64,000 nt of DNA from Thermodesulfobacteriota bacterium (GTDB taxonomy: Bacteria > Desulfobacterota_D > UBA1144 > Nemesobacterales > Mycalebacteriaceae): assembly GCA_965226585.1 (NCBI GenBank), contig OZ245366.1:640001-704000 (forward strand). The letters run 5' to 3'. The notes beneath the pieces are model-generated. The model saw only the letters and a program-made list of their open reading frames with translations. It did not search any database and was not told where the DNA came from. Position 1 is the first letter of the stretch, and every line of letters starts with the position of its first letter. A program made the translations under genes and the position numbers. This document shows, piece by piece, positions 29,548-38,906 of this stretch.

Positions 29548-31653
29548 TTGGCGGAAAAAACAGTTGAGAAAAACCTTTTCGGCTCTAACTACAAAATAGA
29601 GACGGGAACGGTTGCCAGACAGGCAAGCGGCGCGGTAATGATGCGCTGTGAAGACACGGTTGTTCTTGCGACCGTTGTTGCGGAGGCGGGCAAGATAGAC
29701 GAGGATTTTCTTCCGCTCACGGTCAATTATCAGGAGAAAACATACGCCGCCGGAAAGATACCGGGCGGATTTTTCAGAAGAGAGGGAAGACCCTCGGAGC
29801 AGGAGATTCTTACCTCCCGCCTTATAGACCGCTCCATCAGACCGCTTATAACAAAGAAGTTCACCTATCCCACGCAGGTGATGATAACGGTTCTTTCCGC
29901 AGACATGAAAGCGGATCCCGGAGTGCTTTCCGCAACTGCGGCTTCGGCGGCTCTCACCCTTTCAGATGTGCCGTTTGAAGGACCCATTGCCGGGGTGAAA
30001 GTGGGCAGAATAGGCGGACAGCTTGTTTGCAACCCGTCATACGAAGATCTGGAATCAAGCGACATAGACATCGTTGTTACCGGAACGGCGGACGCGATAG
30101 TGATGGTTGAGGGCGGAGCTAACGAGGTTTCCGAGCCCGACATAATTGAAGCCCTCATGTTTGCCCACGACCGCATAAAAGAACTGGTTGACTTGCAGAA
30201 GGAGCTTGCCGAAGGCATTGCTTCGGAGAACAGGGTTCTTGAAGACACGGACGAAAGCGGCGAGCCGTCAGAAATGCTGTCGGCGGTGCGTGATTTTGCC
30301 GGCTCTCTTCTTGAGCAGTCGGTTGTTCAGGCGTCCAAAGATGTTCGCCGCGCTGAGATATCCAAACTGCGCGCGCAGACGCTTGAAGAGGTTGGCAAGC
30401 GGTTTCCCGAACAGGAAGGCGCGCTCAAAAACGCTTTTGATAAACTCACAAAAGAAACGGTGCGTTCGCTGATAGTTGACAAGGGTGTCCGCCCCGATTC
30501 ACGCGACTGCACAACCATCAGGAACATAGATTCCAGTGTCGGGCTGCTTCCGCGTTCGCACGGTTCCGCCCTTTTCACACGCGGAGAAACGCAGGCGCTT
30601 GTGGTTGCAACGCTTGGAACTTCGTATTACGAGCAGAGGATAGACTCCCTTGAGGGCGACCTTAAAAAAAGTTTTATGCTTCACTACAATTTCCCGCCTT
30701 ATTCGGTTGGGGAAACCAGTTTCCGCCTTGCTCCCGGACGCAGGGAGATTGGTCACGGCGCACTTGCCGAGAGAGCGGTAAAGCCCCTGCTTCCGTCAAA
30801 AGAGGATTTTCCCTACACCATCAGGGTTGTTTCCGAGGTTCTTGAGTCAAACGGTTCATCGTCAATGGCGACTGTTTGCGGCGCTTCAATGGCTTTAATG
30901 GACGCCGGTGTGCCGATACGCGCCGCAGTTGGCGGCATAGCGATGGGGCTTATCAAAGAGGGTGACAAACTGGTGATACTTTCAGACATTCTTGGTGATG
31001 AAGACCATCTGGGCGACATGGATTTCAAGGTTGCCGGCACTGAGGCGGGGATTACGGCTTTACAGATGGACATAAAGATAGACGGTGTTACGAAAGAGAT
31101 ATTGTCAGACGCTTTAAGTCAGGCAAAAGACGCGCGTCTTCACGTGCTTGCCGAGATGGGTAAAACCCTTGGGTCTCCCAGCGAGGATATTTCCGCTCAC
31201 GCGCCCCGGATAATAACGACAAAGATACATCCCGATAAGATACGTGATGTGATTGGTTCGGGCGGCAAGGTCATCAACAAGTTGATAGAGGAGACCGGCG
31301 CGCAGATAGACATTCAGGATGACGGAAAGATATTGATTTCCTCGCCCGACAAAGAGTCATGCGACAACGCGCTTATGAGGATAGGGAAGATAATAGAGGA
31401 GATAGAGCCCGGCAAGGTATATTTCGGCAAGGTAAAGCGGGTGCTTGATTTTGGCGCGATAGTTGAGATGGACAACGGCAGAGACGGTCTTGTGCACATT
31501 TCCGAACTTGAAGAGGGCAGGGTGGAGAAGGTAACGGATGTCGTCAACGAAGGCGATGAGTTGCTTGTCAAATGCATTTCCAAGGAAAGAGATGGCAAAA
31601 TACGCCTCAGCCGCAAAGAGGCGCTTGACGAGAATATAGAGGATTATAAGTAG
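29548..31653 (+). CDS. pnp: Polyribonucleotide nucleotidyltransferase
   Basis: GKIPGGFFRREGRP, RREIGHG, ESNGSSSMA, GDMDFKVAG, and KH and S1 domains. Confidence 0.98.
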   Translation: MAEKTVEKNLFGSNYKIETGTVARQASGAVMMRCEDTVVLATVVAEAGKIDEDFLPLTVNYQEKTYAAGKIPGGFFRREGRPSEQEILTSRLIDRSIRPLITKKFTYPTQVMITVLSADMKADPGVLSATAASAALTLSDVPFEGPIAGVKVGRIGGQLVCNPSYEDLESSDIDIVVTGTADAIVMVEGGANEVSEPDIIEALMFAHDRIKELVDLQKELAEGIASENRVLEDTDESGEPSEMLSAVRDFAGSLLEQSVVQASKDVRRAEISKLRAQTLEEVGKRFPEQEGALKNAFDKLTKETVRSLIVDKGVRPDSRDCTTIRNIDSSVGLLPRSHGSALFTRGETQALVVATLGTSYYEQRIDSLEGDLKKSFMLHYNFPPYSVGETSFRLAPGRREIGHGALAERAVKPLLPSKEDFPYTIRVVSEVLESNGSSSMATVCGASMALMDAGVPIRAAVGGIAMGLIKEGDKLVILSDILGDEDHLGDMDFKVAGTEAGITALQMDIKIDGVTKEILSDALSQAKDARLHVLAEMGKTLGSPSEDISAHAPRIITTKIHPDKIRDVIGSGGKVINKLIEETGAQIDIQDDGKILISSPDKESCDNALMRIGKIIEEIEPGKVYFGKVKRVLDFGAIVEMDNGRDGLVHISELEEGRVEKVTDVVNEGDELLVKCISKERDGKIRLSRKEALDENIEDYK

Positions 31654-31667
31654 GGGGAGGGGAGGGG

Positions 31668-31928
31668 TTAACTCTTTTTCTTCTTTTTGGCTTTCTTTGC
31701 CAGTTTTTTATCGGTGAACATTTCTTGCGGGATGCCGGAACGCCTGATGATGTCTTTCAACGCTCCAACGGTTATGTCTTTCTTTGCGTGCTCTACAACT
31801 ACAACACTTCTGCCGAACTGATCTTTGTACACATGGTGACTGCCTTTCGTTCTTTGGTACACAAACCCGTTTTGCATAAGAATTTCTCTCACATCTGCAA
31901 AACGCAGGGGAACAATACGTTTACTCAC
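31668..31928 (-). CDS. hicA: HicA-family mRNA interferase toxin
   Basis: L..NGF..QRTKGSHHVY...VVV..H.KDI..GALKDI.R.SG. Confidence 0.9.
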   Translation of the reverse strand: MSKRIVPLRFADVREILMQNGFVYQRTKGSHHVYKDQFGRSVVVVEHAKKDITVGALKDIIRRSGIPQEMFTDKKLAKKAKKKKKS

Positions 31929-31931
31929 AGC

Positions 31932-32192
31932 TTATGAGTAATTGTGAATGGTGAGGGACAACGGTCTGACTTCAACTGCGTTATCTCCCATAACTTCCTG
32001 TGCGGAGTCAAAGACTTCCGCCCTTTCTTCTTCCGTCATTTCCTCAAAGTAGAGGCTTGCCGATTTTTTGAGGTTGGCAAACGCCTCTTCCGCCGTCTCG
32101 CCGTAACTTGAAATATCTGTTCCATCAATACGAGATGTGAAGGCATCACCGTCTCGCCACACAATAACACGACACTGTTTTTCCATAGCCAT
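31932..32192 (-). CDS. hicB: HicB-family antitoxin (short, no obvious DNA-binding domain)
   Basis: ISSYGETAEEAFANLKKSASLY motif; strong RBS AAGGAGG. Confidence 0.85.
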   Translation of the reverse strand: MAMEKQCRVIVWRDGDAFTSRIDGTDISSYGETAEEAFANLKKSASLYFEEMTEEERAEVFDSAQEVMGDNAVEVRPLSLTIHNYS

Positions 32193-32210
32193 TCCTCCTT
32201 AACGCAGTTA

Positions 32211-32240
32211 ATTGTAAGCGGAGAGTATGTTACCTGTCAA
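32211..32240 (-). promoter_or_regulatory. sigma70 promoter of hicBA
   Basis: TTGACA-N18-TACAAT on the minus strand. Confidence 0.65.
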
Positions 32241-32248
32241 TCAGAAGT

Positions 32249-32496
32249 CCGCAGGAATGACGCTTCCCCCTCCGTCATTCCGTGCCTGTCTCCTTCCCGT
32301 CATTCCGTGCCTGACACGGAATCCAGTATTCAACTGGTTAATCAATACTGGATTCCTGCTTTCGCAGGAATGACACTCCCCACTTCCGTCATTCCGTGTT
32401 TGTCTCCTTCCCGTCATTCCGTGCTTGACACGGAATCCAGTATTCAACTGGTTAATCAATACTGGATTCCTGCTTTCGCAGGAATGACGGGGAGGG
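32249..32496. repeat. Palindromic repeat cluster A (2 full 76-bp units at 32299-32374 and 32413-32488, plus half-units)
   Basis: Unit GTCATTCCGTGCYTGACACGGAAWCCAGTATTCAACYGGTTAAYYAATACTGGATTCCTGCTTYCGCAGGAATGAC. Confidence 0.97.
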
Positions 32497-32509
32497 TAGC
32501 AAAACCGGC

Positions 32510-32869
32510 TTACCCTTTCAAATTCCTTCTAATATAAACCACTGCAAACAACACGCCGATAGCGGCGGCGGTTATGGGGAACAGCCATACCACAAGGTTA
32601 AACCCTTTCAGCGGCGGTTCGGCGAGGATGCCGTCGCCGTATTTCGTGCGGAACCATGAGATAATCTCCTCATCGGAAACGCCTTCTGATACCTTTCTTT
32701 TTATGATTTCACGCATATCCCGCGCAAGCTGGGCGTTTGATTCGGCAACAGATTGCCCCGCGCATACCGGACACATCAACTGCCGCGCAATGGCGTCCAC
32801 ACGGTCTGCCTGCGTTTCCGCCGAAACGGGAAGGGCGATTAGACAGATAAGTAAAAGGAGTTTCATCAT
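32510..32869 (-). CDS. ccmH: Cytochrome c biogenesis protein CcmH (N-terminal redox domain)
   Basis: LMCPVCAGQSVAESNA, EII.WF..KYG..ILAEPP and a C-terminal TM. Confidence 0.92.
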   Translation of the reverse strand: MMKLLLLICLIALPVSAETQADRVDAIARQLMCPVCAGQSVAESNAQLARDMREIIKRKVSEGVSDEEIISWFRTKYGDGILAEPPLKGFNLVVWLFPITAAAIGVLFAVVYIRRNLKG

Positions 32870-32872
32870 TTT

Positions 32873-33289
32873 TCAGGGGGAGATAACTTGAAGATTTGGA
32901 AAGTACGGCTTGAAGGTCTGTTTGTCTCGTGTGAGCAGTGTCCACCCCATTACATCGGCGTGCGCGCCTATGTAGAAATCGGGCATTACGGAAGCTTTTA
33001 TCTTGCCCCTGTTTTGTTTTTTGTATAAGCGATAACTTTGTCCGGCAACAAAAGCGGCATCGTACGGGAGATACTCTTTTTGAAAGAGATTTGTTGAGAG
33101 GAATTTGTCCAATTCTGAAGCATTGCTGAAAGATGCGGAGATTTCGGCGTAAATGATAGGGTTAACCACAAGTGTTGAGTCTTTAAGTGCTTTTTCAATG
33201 GCATTGCGAGTCCAGTTTATCCATTGAGTCTCTTCCTTAAGCAGGTCGATTATAACGTTACTGTCAACAAGTGTGGGTGGCATTTGCAT
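32873..33289 (-). CDS. vapC: PIN-domain toxin (VapC family)
   Basis: LVDSNVIID, NPIIYAE, MPDFYIGAHA and LLTRD motifs. Confidence 0.92.
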   Translation of the reverse strand: MQMPPTLVDSNVIIDLLKEETQWINWTRNAIEKALKDSTLVVNPIIYAEISASFSNASELDKFLSTNLFQKEYLPYDAAFVAGQSYRLYKKQNRGKIKASVMPDFYIGAHADVMGWTLLTRDKQTFKPYFPNLQVISP

Positions 33290-33301
33290 TGTGTGTGTGG
33301 C

Positions 33302-33727
33302 TCAATCCCAGGGCCAAGTTTTGATCCATGCGTCAATCTCTTCACGGGACAAGGGCTTTCCCTGCCTGTGTTTGGGTCTGGGGGGTCTGGGAGGGATGTT
33401 AGGTTTGATGTCATCACCCACCTCGTTCACCTTTCTGCCTCTCATCATCAGCATAACTTCGTCAGCACTTGGGATATCGCCTCTGTCTTTCAATCTCTTC
33501 GACCATTTCTTAAAGTGCGCAACTATGTCTTTGCCACGCGAGTCGGGGCTTTTTTCGCGCAGTTCCTGTGCCTTCTCACCTTGAGTTTGGTCTTTATAGG
33601 CGGGCTTTTTGACGATTTTGACTTCGTTTCCGTCCATAACAACATCCACTTCGGTATCGGGCGAAAGCCCCGCTTTCTCTCGTATCTCAGCGGGTATTGT
33701 TATCTGTCCCTTTTTTGTTATACGCAT
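33302..33727 (-). CDS. AbrB/MazE/SpoVT-family antitoxin with an extended C-terminus
   Basis: MRITKKGQITIPAEIREKAGL; directly upstream of the PIN toxin. Confidence 0.88.
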   Translation of the reverse strand: MRITKKGQITIPAEIREKAGLSPDTEVDVVMDGNEVKIVKKPAYKDQTQGEKAQELREKSPDSRGKDIVAHFKKWSKRLKDRGDIPSADEVMLMMRGRKVNEVGDDIKPNIPPRPPRPKHRQGKPLSREEIDAWIKTWPWD

Positions 33728-33882
33728 ATCTCCACTCCTTGAGTTAATGTAGCGAGTATTTTGAAAGTAATACTTTTAGGTTGATTGGTCAAGTTAGGGA
33801 AGGGTGAAACCAAACAATGCGGTATAATAACGCGAGATTACCGCCTTCCGTGAAAATCACGAGTGCGTAGGACAAATAATAA

Positions 33883-34779
33883 ATGAATGACAATCTGCCT
33901 TTGGTTAGCGTTGCTCTACATTCATACAACCAGAAAGACTGGTTGGTAGAGTGCATAGAGTCCATATTGGCGCAGGACTATCCTAATATGGAAATCGTTG
34001 TTGCCGATGATGGTTCTACTGACGGTTCTCAAGATGTGCTTCGTGAATACGAAAAAAAATATCCCGACAAGTTTGTTTTGTGCCTTTCCGATAAAAATCG
34101 TGGAATTGCAGATAATTGTAATATGGCTCTCTCCAACTGTAAAGGTAAATACATGGCGCACTTTGACGGAGACGATGTAATGTTGCCCGGAAAGATTTCA
34201 AAACAGGTTGCCTTTATGGAACAAAATCCCGATTGCGTAATTTGTTATCACAACATGGAAGTTTTTAATTCTGACACAGGGGATAGATTAGGGCTCTACT
34301 ATAATAAAAAAAGAAGTATGGACGGGGATGTAAGAATGGTTTTGAAGTATGGATCTCTGATTGGCACAAGTATGTTTCGGGCGGATGATGTGCCAAAGCA
34401 TGGTTTCAACCTAAACCTTCCCGGAGAACCGGGGTGGCTTTTTATGATTGAAACTTTGGCGAACGGGGGAACTGTAAATTACATTGACGAGGCACTTGGG
34501 ATATACAGAAGACACTCTGGTAACGCTTCCGCGCCATCAGAATATGTAAGTCAAAATGATTTGGATTCCCTGAACACATGCAACATTGTTATTGCGAAAT
34601 ACCCCGTCTTTTTTAACGAGGCGGTGTATGTATATGCAAGGCGTCTTTACAAACTTCGTAAGAAAAAGGGATTTAATTACAGGTCTGTTCTGATGTCAAG
34701 TTTGAGATTAAAATTCCGACTGTTCGTTTTTCTTCGGTTGCTTGGATATATCCTTTCATTTGGTTTTGTTAAATCTTGA
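33883..34779 (+). CDS. Glycosyltransferase family 2
   Basis: LVSV...SYNQ, SILAQDY, VADDGSTDGS, FDGDD and YRRH motifs. Confidence 0.93.
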   Translation: MNDNLPLVSVALHSYNQKDWLVECIESILAQDYPNMEIVVADDGSTDGSQDVLREYEKKYPDKFVLCLSDKNRGIADNCNMALSNCKGKYMAHFDGDDVMLPGKISKQVAFMEQNPDCVICYHNMEVFNSDTGDRLGLYYNKKRSMDGDVRMVLKYGSLIGTSMFRADDVPKHGFNLNLPGEPGWLFMIETLANGGTVNYIDEALGIYRRHSGNASAPSEYVSQNDLDSLNTCNIVIAKYPVFFNEAVYVYARRLYKLRKKKGFNYRSVLMSSLRLKFRLFVFLRLLGYILSFGFVKS

Positions 34780-34834
34780 TTCAATAACTTGGGTAACTAA
34801 TGATTTTTCAACAAATAAAAAAGGAAAGAAACAA

Positions 34835-35734
34835 ATGAACAGTGATAGATTACCTTTGGTTAGCGTTGCCCTGAACTCATTTAACCGAAAAAAGTGGTTG
34901 GTAGAGTGCGTAGAGTCCATATTGGCGCAGGATTATCCTAATATGGAAATCGTTGTTGCCGATTGCTCAACAGATGGCTCCCAAGATGTGCTTCGTGAAT
35001 ATGAGAAAAAATATCCCGACAGATTTGTTTTATGTCTTTCCGATAAAGATCTTGGAATTGCAGGAACTTTCAATCTGGCATTTTCCAACTGTAAAGGCAA
35101 ATACATAGCGCAATTTGACGAAGATAATTTAATGTTGCCCGGAAAGATTTCAAAGCAAGTTGCTTTTATGGAGAAAAATCCTGACTGTGTAATTTGTTAT
35201 CATAACATGGAACTTTTTGACTCTGACACAGGGAATTTATTGGGGCTGTCTAATGACAAAAGAAGCAATATGGACGGCGATGTGAAAAGGGTTTTGAGGT
35301 ATGGAGGTATAAGTATGCCTTCAACTATGTTCCGGATGGACAGCATACCAAAAAACGGTTTTAACCTGACACTTCCCATTGCACCTGATTGGCTTTTCAC
35401 TATTGAAACTTTGGTGGGTGGGGGAACTGTCAATTATATTGACGAGGTGCTTGTGAGATACAGGAGGCATGCCAACAACGCTTCCATGCCATCGGAACAT
35501 ATAGACCAACTCGCTTTGGATGTTTTGAATACATGCAACATTATGATTGCGAAATACCCTCATTTTTTCAACGAGGCAATAGACATTTACGCAAGGCGTC
35601 TTTACAAGATTCGTAATAAAAAAGGAGTTCCTTACAGGTCTGCTCTAATATCAAGTTTGAGATTGAGGTTCCGGCTACCCGTTTTTTCTCGGCTGGTTAG
35701 ACATCTTCTTTCATTTGGCTTGATTAGATCCTAA
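34835..35734 (+). CDS. Glycosyltransferase family 2 (tandem paralog of the preceding gene)
   Basis: Colinear and highly similar to 33883-34779; ATG at 34835 after AAGGA. Confidence 0.9.
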   Translation: MNSDRLPLVSVALNSFNRKKWLVECVESILAQDYPNMEIVVADCSTDGSQDVLREYEKKYPDRFVLCLSDKDLGIAGTFNLAFSNCKGKYIAQFDEDNLMLPGKISKQVAFMEKNPDCVICYHNMELFDSDTGNLLGLSNDKRSNMDGDVKRVLRYGGISMPSTMFRMDSIPKNGFNLTLPIAPDWLFTIETLVGGGTVNYIDEVLVRYRRHANNASMPSEHIDQLALDVLNTCNIMIAKYPHFFNEAIDIYARRLYKIRNKKGVPYRSALISSLRLRFRLPVFSRLVRHLLSFGLIRS

Positions 35735-35742
35735 CTTGACAT

Positions 35743-36654
35743 ATGAACCAACTGACAACATACGCAAAAGTGGCGGCGTTAAGTCTGAAATGGGCGGTTA
35801 TGGAACTGTTCTTTACTCTGCTTGTTCTGCCGAGCCGCCTTTTCCATCTCGCCGGATTGAACACATCACCGAGGGAACAGAAAATAGTTGTTTCTATGAC
35901 TTCCATTCCCCCGCGCCTTCCGTTTATTCACCTAGCGATAGAAAGCGTTATGCGGCAAACCGTCAAACCGGACAGGATTGTCCTTTGGCTTTCAAAGGAA
36001 TACAAAAAGCCGGAGTTCGGCGGCTTTGACTGGCAAAACCTTCCCGCCTCACTAACAAATCTTGAATCAAGGGGTTTGGGAATTGCTTTCACCGAAGACA
36101 TAGGACCTTTCCAAAAGTTGATTCCTTCATTAAAACGGTTCCCTGATGACATTGTGATTACAATGGATGACGATGTGTTTTACCACTCAGACACAATAGA
36201 AAAACTGTATAAGGCATACCTGAAAAACGGGGCGGATTTTGTCTATTGCAGACGCAGTAAAATAATTAGGGTTGCAAATGACGGCGGTTTTGAACCTTAT
36301 GGAGACTGGCAACTTTCTTATTCGCCTGAGGACAATGGAAAAAATCTGTTTTTTACCGGAACCGGAGGGGTGTTATATCCTCCTCACGCGCTTGATGAAG
36401 ATGTGTTTCGTGAAGATTTGTTTTCTGAACTCACCCCGAACAATGACGATATATGGTTTCATGCTATGTCACTAAAAGCCGGGAAATCTACTTTTCAAGT
36501 TGAAGGAAAGGAACCTAAGCGGTTAAAAACAGCAAAGGTCTTTGCGCTTGGGAAAAAGAACCTTCACCAGAATGAAAACGATCCGAAGTTGAAAGCGGTT
36601 TTTGACCATTACAATCTTTATGGGAAATTAAAGAAAAATGACGGAAACGCCTAA
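35743..36654 (+). CDS. GT-A fold glycosyltransferase (GT2-like)
   Basis: IVVSMTSIPPR, KLIP, ITMDDDVFY, TGTGGVLYPP and DDIWF motifs. Confidence 0.85.
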   Translation: MNQLTTYAKVAALSLKWAVMELFFTLLVLPSRLFHLAGLNTSPREQKIVVSMTSIPPRLPFIHLAIESVMRQTVKPDRIVLWLSKEYKKPEFGGFDWQNLPASLTNLESRGLGIAFTEDIGPFQKLIPSLKRFPDDIVITMDDDVFYHSDTIEKLYKAYLKNGADFVYCRRSKIIRVANDGGFEPYGDWQLSYSPEDNGKNLFFTGTGGVLYPPHALDEDVFREDLFSELTPNNDDIWFHAMSLKAGKSTFQVEGKEPKRLKTAKVFALGKKNLHQNENDPKLKAVFDHYNLYGKLKKNDGNA

Positions 36655-37954
36655 CGAAAGAAAGAGCCTGCTGAAAGATATGTCATGGCTTTTCAGCGGC
36701 GAAATGGGAAGGTCTCTCTTTGCCGGTTTGGAGACTATTCTCCTTGCCCACTTGCTTGGTCTTGAACAGTTTGGTCTGTTTGCCCTTGTGCTTGCGTTTG
36801 TGGGAATTGTCAACACTCTGATTGATTTTAATGTTACGGAAGCCGTTGTTAAGTATGTCGGGCAGTATCGTGAGAGAAAGGATAAGGAAAAAACCCTTTC
36901 ATTTGTCAAACTTTTCTACTTTGTTGATTTTATTTCCGGTGTCGCGGCGTTTGCCGTGGCAATTCTGCTTGCCGGTGTTGCTAACGAGTTTTTCATCAAA
37001 TCTGAAAACACTTTTGAACTGATATTTATCTACTCCTTCTACCTTCTTGTTGTAACCGTCAACAACAACTCCAAGTCGCTTCTTACTGTCTTTCAGCAGT
37101 TTAACAGGGTGGCATTTCTTGATATGGTGAGTGCCGGAATCAGGTTTGCGTTTGTTGCCATTGCCCTTCTTATGGGTTTTGGAGTAAAAGGCGCGTTGTT
37201 CGCGTATGTGGCGGCAGGATTTATAAACTTTGTTATCCTTCAGTTTTTTGTGAACCGTGCCTTGAAAGATGAAGGTTTGGGCGGGTGGTTGTTCGCAAAA
37301 CTCGGAGATGTAAAGGATGAGTTCAGAGGTGTTGCGTCTTTTATTCTGAACTCAACGGTTGTCCATTTTGTCGGCAATGTTTTTAGCAGAGATTTTCCGA
37401 TACTGATTCTCGGAAATCTGTTTGGCAATGAAGTTTCAGGTCTTTACAAAACGGCGGCGGTTGTTTCCAAAATAATCGGAAGATTAATTGCGCCGATGAC
37501 AAAAGTTTTATATCCCGCTCTTGTGCGTCTTGAAGAACGAAAGTCATACAACGATTTCAGATACATAGTTTCGTACTCAATGAAGTTGCTGGTGATGTTC
37601 GTTGTTCCGGTTAGTGCGATATGCTTTTTGTTTGCCACTGATATTATCCGTATCTTTTTTGGCGCGGAATATGTCGGCGCGGCAAACGCGATGAAAATTA
37701 TTGTTATCGCCGAACTGTTGTTCGGCATTACATTCTGGGTTTCCAGTGTTCTTCTTGCTCTTGGAATGGTGTGGTTCAGAACAGGACTTGCTCTTGTTGA
37801 TACTTTACTCTATGTCGTTGCGTTGTTTATTCTTGCTCCCGTCTATTCACTTGAAGGCGCGGCTTTTGCCAAACTTGTTCCTTTCCTGACTGTTCTGTTC
37901 GTTGCTCTTTTCCTTTTCAGGGAGATAAAGAAAAGAGGCAACAAAGGTCTTTAA
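36638..37954 (+). CDS. Oligosaccharide flippase (Wzx/MOP family)
   Basis: About 12 TM; LAHLLG.E.FG.F, GLY..A, LYP.L and FFG.EY motifs. Confidence 0.88.
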   Translation: MTETPNERKSLLKDMSWLFSGEMGRSLFAGLETILLAHLLGLEQFGLFALVLAFVGIVNTLIDFNVTEAVVKYVGQYRERKDKEKTLSFVKLFYFVDFISGVAAFAVAILLAGVANEFFIKSENTFELIFIYSFYLLVVTVNNNSKSLLTVFQQFNRVAFLDMVSAGIRFAFVAIALLMGFGVKGALFAYVAAGFINFVILQFFVNRALKDEGLGGWLFAKLGDVKDEFRGVASFILNSTVVHFVGNVFSRDFPILILGNLFGNEVSGLYKTAAVVSKIIGRLIAPMTKVLYPALVRLEERKSYNDFRYIVSYSMKLLVMFVVPVSAICFLFATDIIRIFFGAEYVGAANAMKIIVIAELLFGITFWVSSVLLALGMVWFRTGLALVDTLLYVVALFILAPVYSLEGAAFAKLVPFLTVLFVALFLFREIKKRGNKGL

Positions 37955-37988
37955 CAAGTATAAAATAATGCCACAGGAGAAAATTTAG

Positions 37989-38873
37989 ATGGGATTAGGA
38001 GTAAAAATTCGTTTGCTGTTAGGATACCGTGCGTTGAATTTCTTCACGTATTTCTTTCCTTCTCTTATACCCGTCAGGTCATTGCGAAGACGGTTTCGCA
38101 GTTGGATTGACGGAGGCGTGAAGGATTTGCATCGGTTGCGTTATCTTGGCGACTTTGAACTTAAAGAGATAGATGGAGTAACCGTTGCAGTCAGGGATGA
38201 TGTTTCTTTGGGTTGTATTACAACAGGACGCGCATCTACTGAAGCGTCTATAGTATTTGGTGGTGATTACCATTTCGCAACACAAGGGCGTGTAATTGTC
38301 ATTGATATAGGTATGAATTTTGGTTTCGCGTCATTGTATTTTGCATTACGCGATAATGTGGAAGCGGTTTATGGATTTGAGCCAGTTCCCACGATGTATA
38401 AATACGCATCTTTCAACTTCCGAATTAATCCGAAATGTGTTGATAAGATACAAGCATTTAACTATGGTCTTGGCGATAGTGAAAAGGAAGTAACGATTGA
38501 TTTTTCTGAGTCCATGAGCGGAAGCACTTCCACAATCGCGAACCCTCCCGAAGATCTTTTAGTAGAAATGCAACATCATCAAAGCAGTAAAATCTCCGTG
38601 CAAATCAAAGATGCCGCCACTGAAATTGGTAACATTATCAAACACCATCCGAATGAGAGGGTTGTCATTAAATGTGATTGCGAAGGTGCTGAAAAAGAGA
38701 TTTTTGCGCGACTTGACAAAGAAGGGTTGCTATCCGCAATTGACATTATTCTGATGGAATACCATTTTGAATACGATCAGTTTATTACGCCCTTGCTGGA
38801 TAAATACGGCTTTTCATATTTCAAGCGTAACGACAGCACCACAGCAGGGCTTATTCGTGCGGTAAAGACTTAA
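37989..38873 (+). CDS. FkbM-family SAM-dependent methyltransferase
   Basis: VIDIGMNFG, VYGFEPVP, IKCDCEGAE and MEYH motifs. Confidence 0.9.
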   Translation: MGLGVKIRLLLGYRALNFFTYFFPSLIPVRSLRRRFRSWIDGGVKDLHRLRYLGDFELKEIDGVTVAVRDDVSLGCITTGRASTEASIVFGGDYHFATQGRVIVIDIGMNFGFASLYFALRDNVEAVYGFEPVPTMYKYASFNFRINPKCVDKIQAFNYGLGDSEKEVTIDFSESMSGSTSTIANPPEDLLVEMQHHQSSKISVQIKDAATEIGNIIKHHPNERVVIKCDCEGAEKEIFARLDKEGLLSAIDIILMEYHFEYDQFITPLLDKYGFSYFKRNDSTTAGLIRAVKT

Positions 38874-38906
38874 GATGTTTGGTTGAGTGTTGAGCGTCAA
38901 CTGTCT

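Noticed and set aside
32241..32537. Short ORFs made of repeat sequence (32241-32459, 32307-32537, 39892-40194, 40179-40433, 42057-42275, 50510-50695)
   Set aside because: They are translations of the palindromic unit with no RBS, and sister copies carry in-frame stops.
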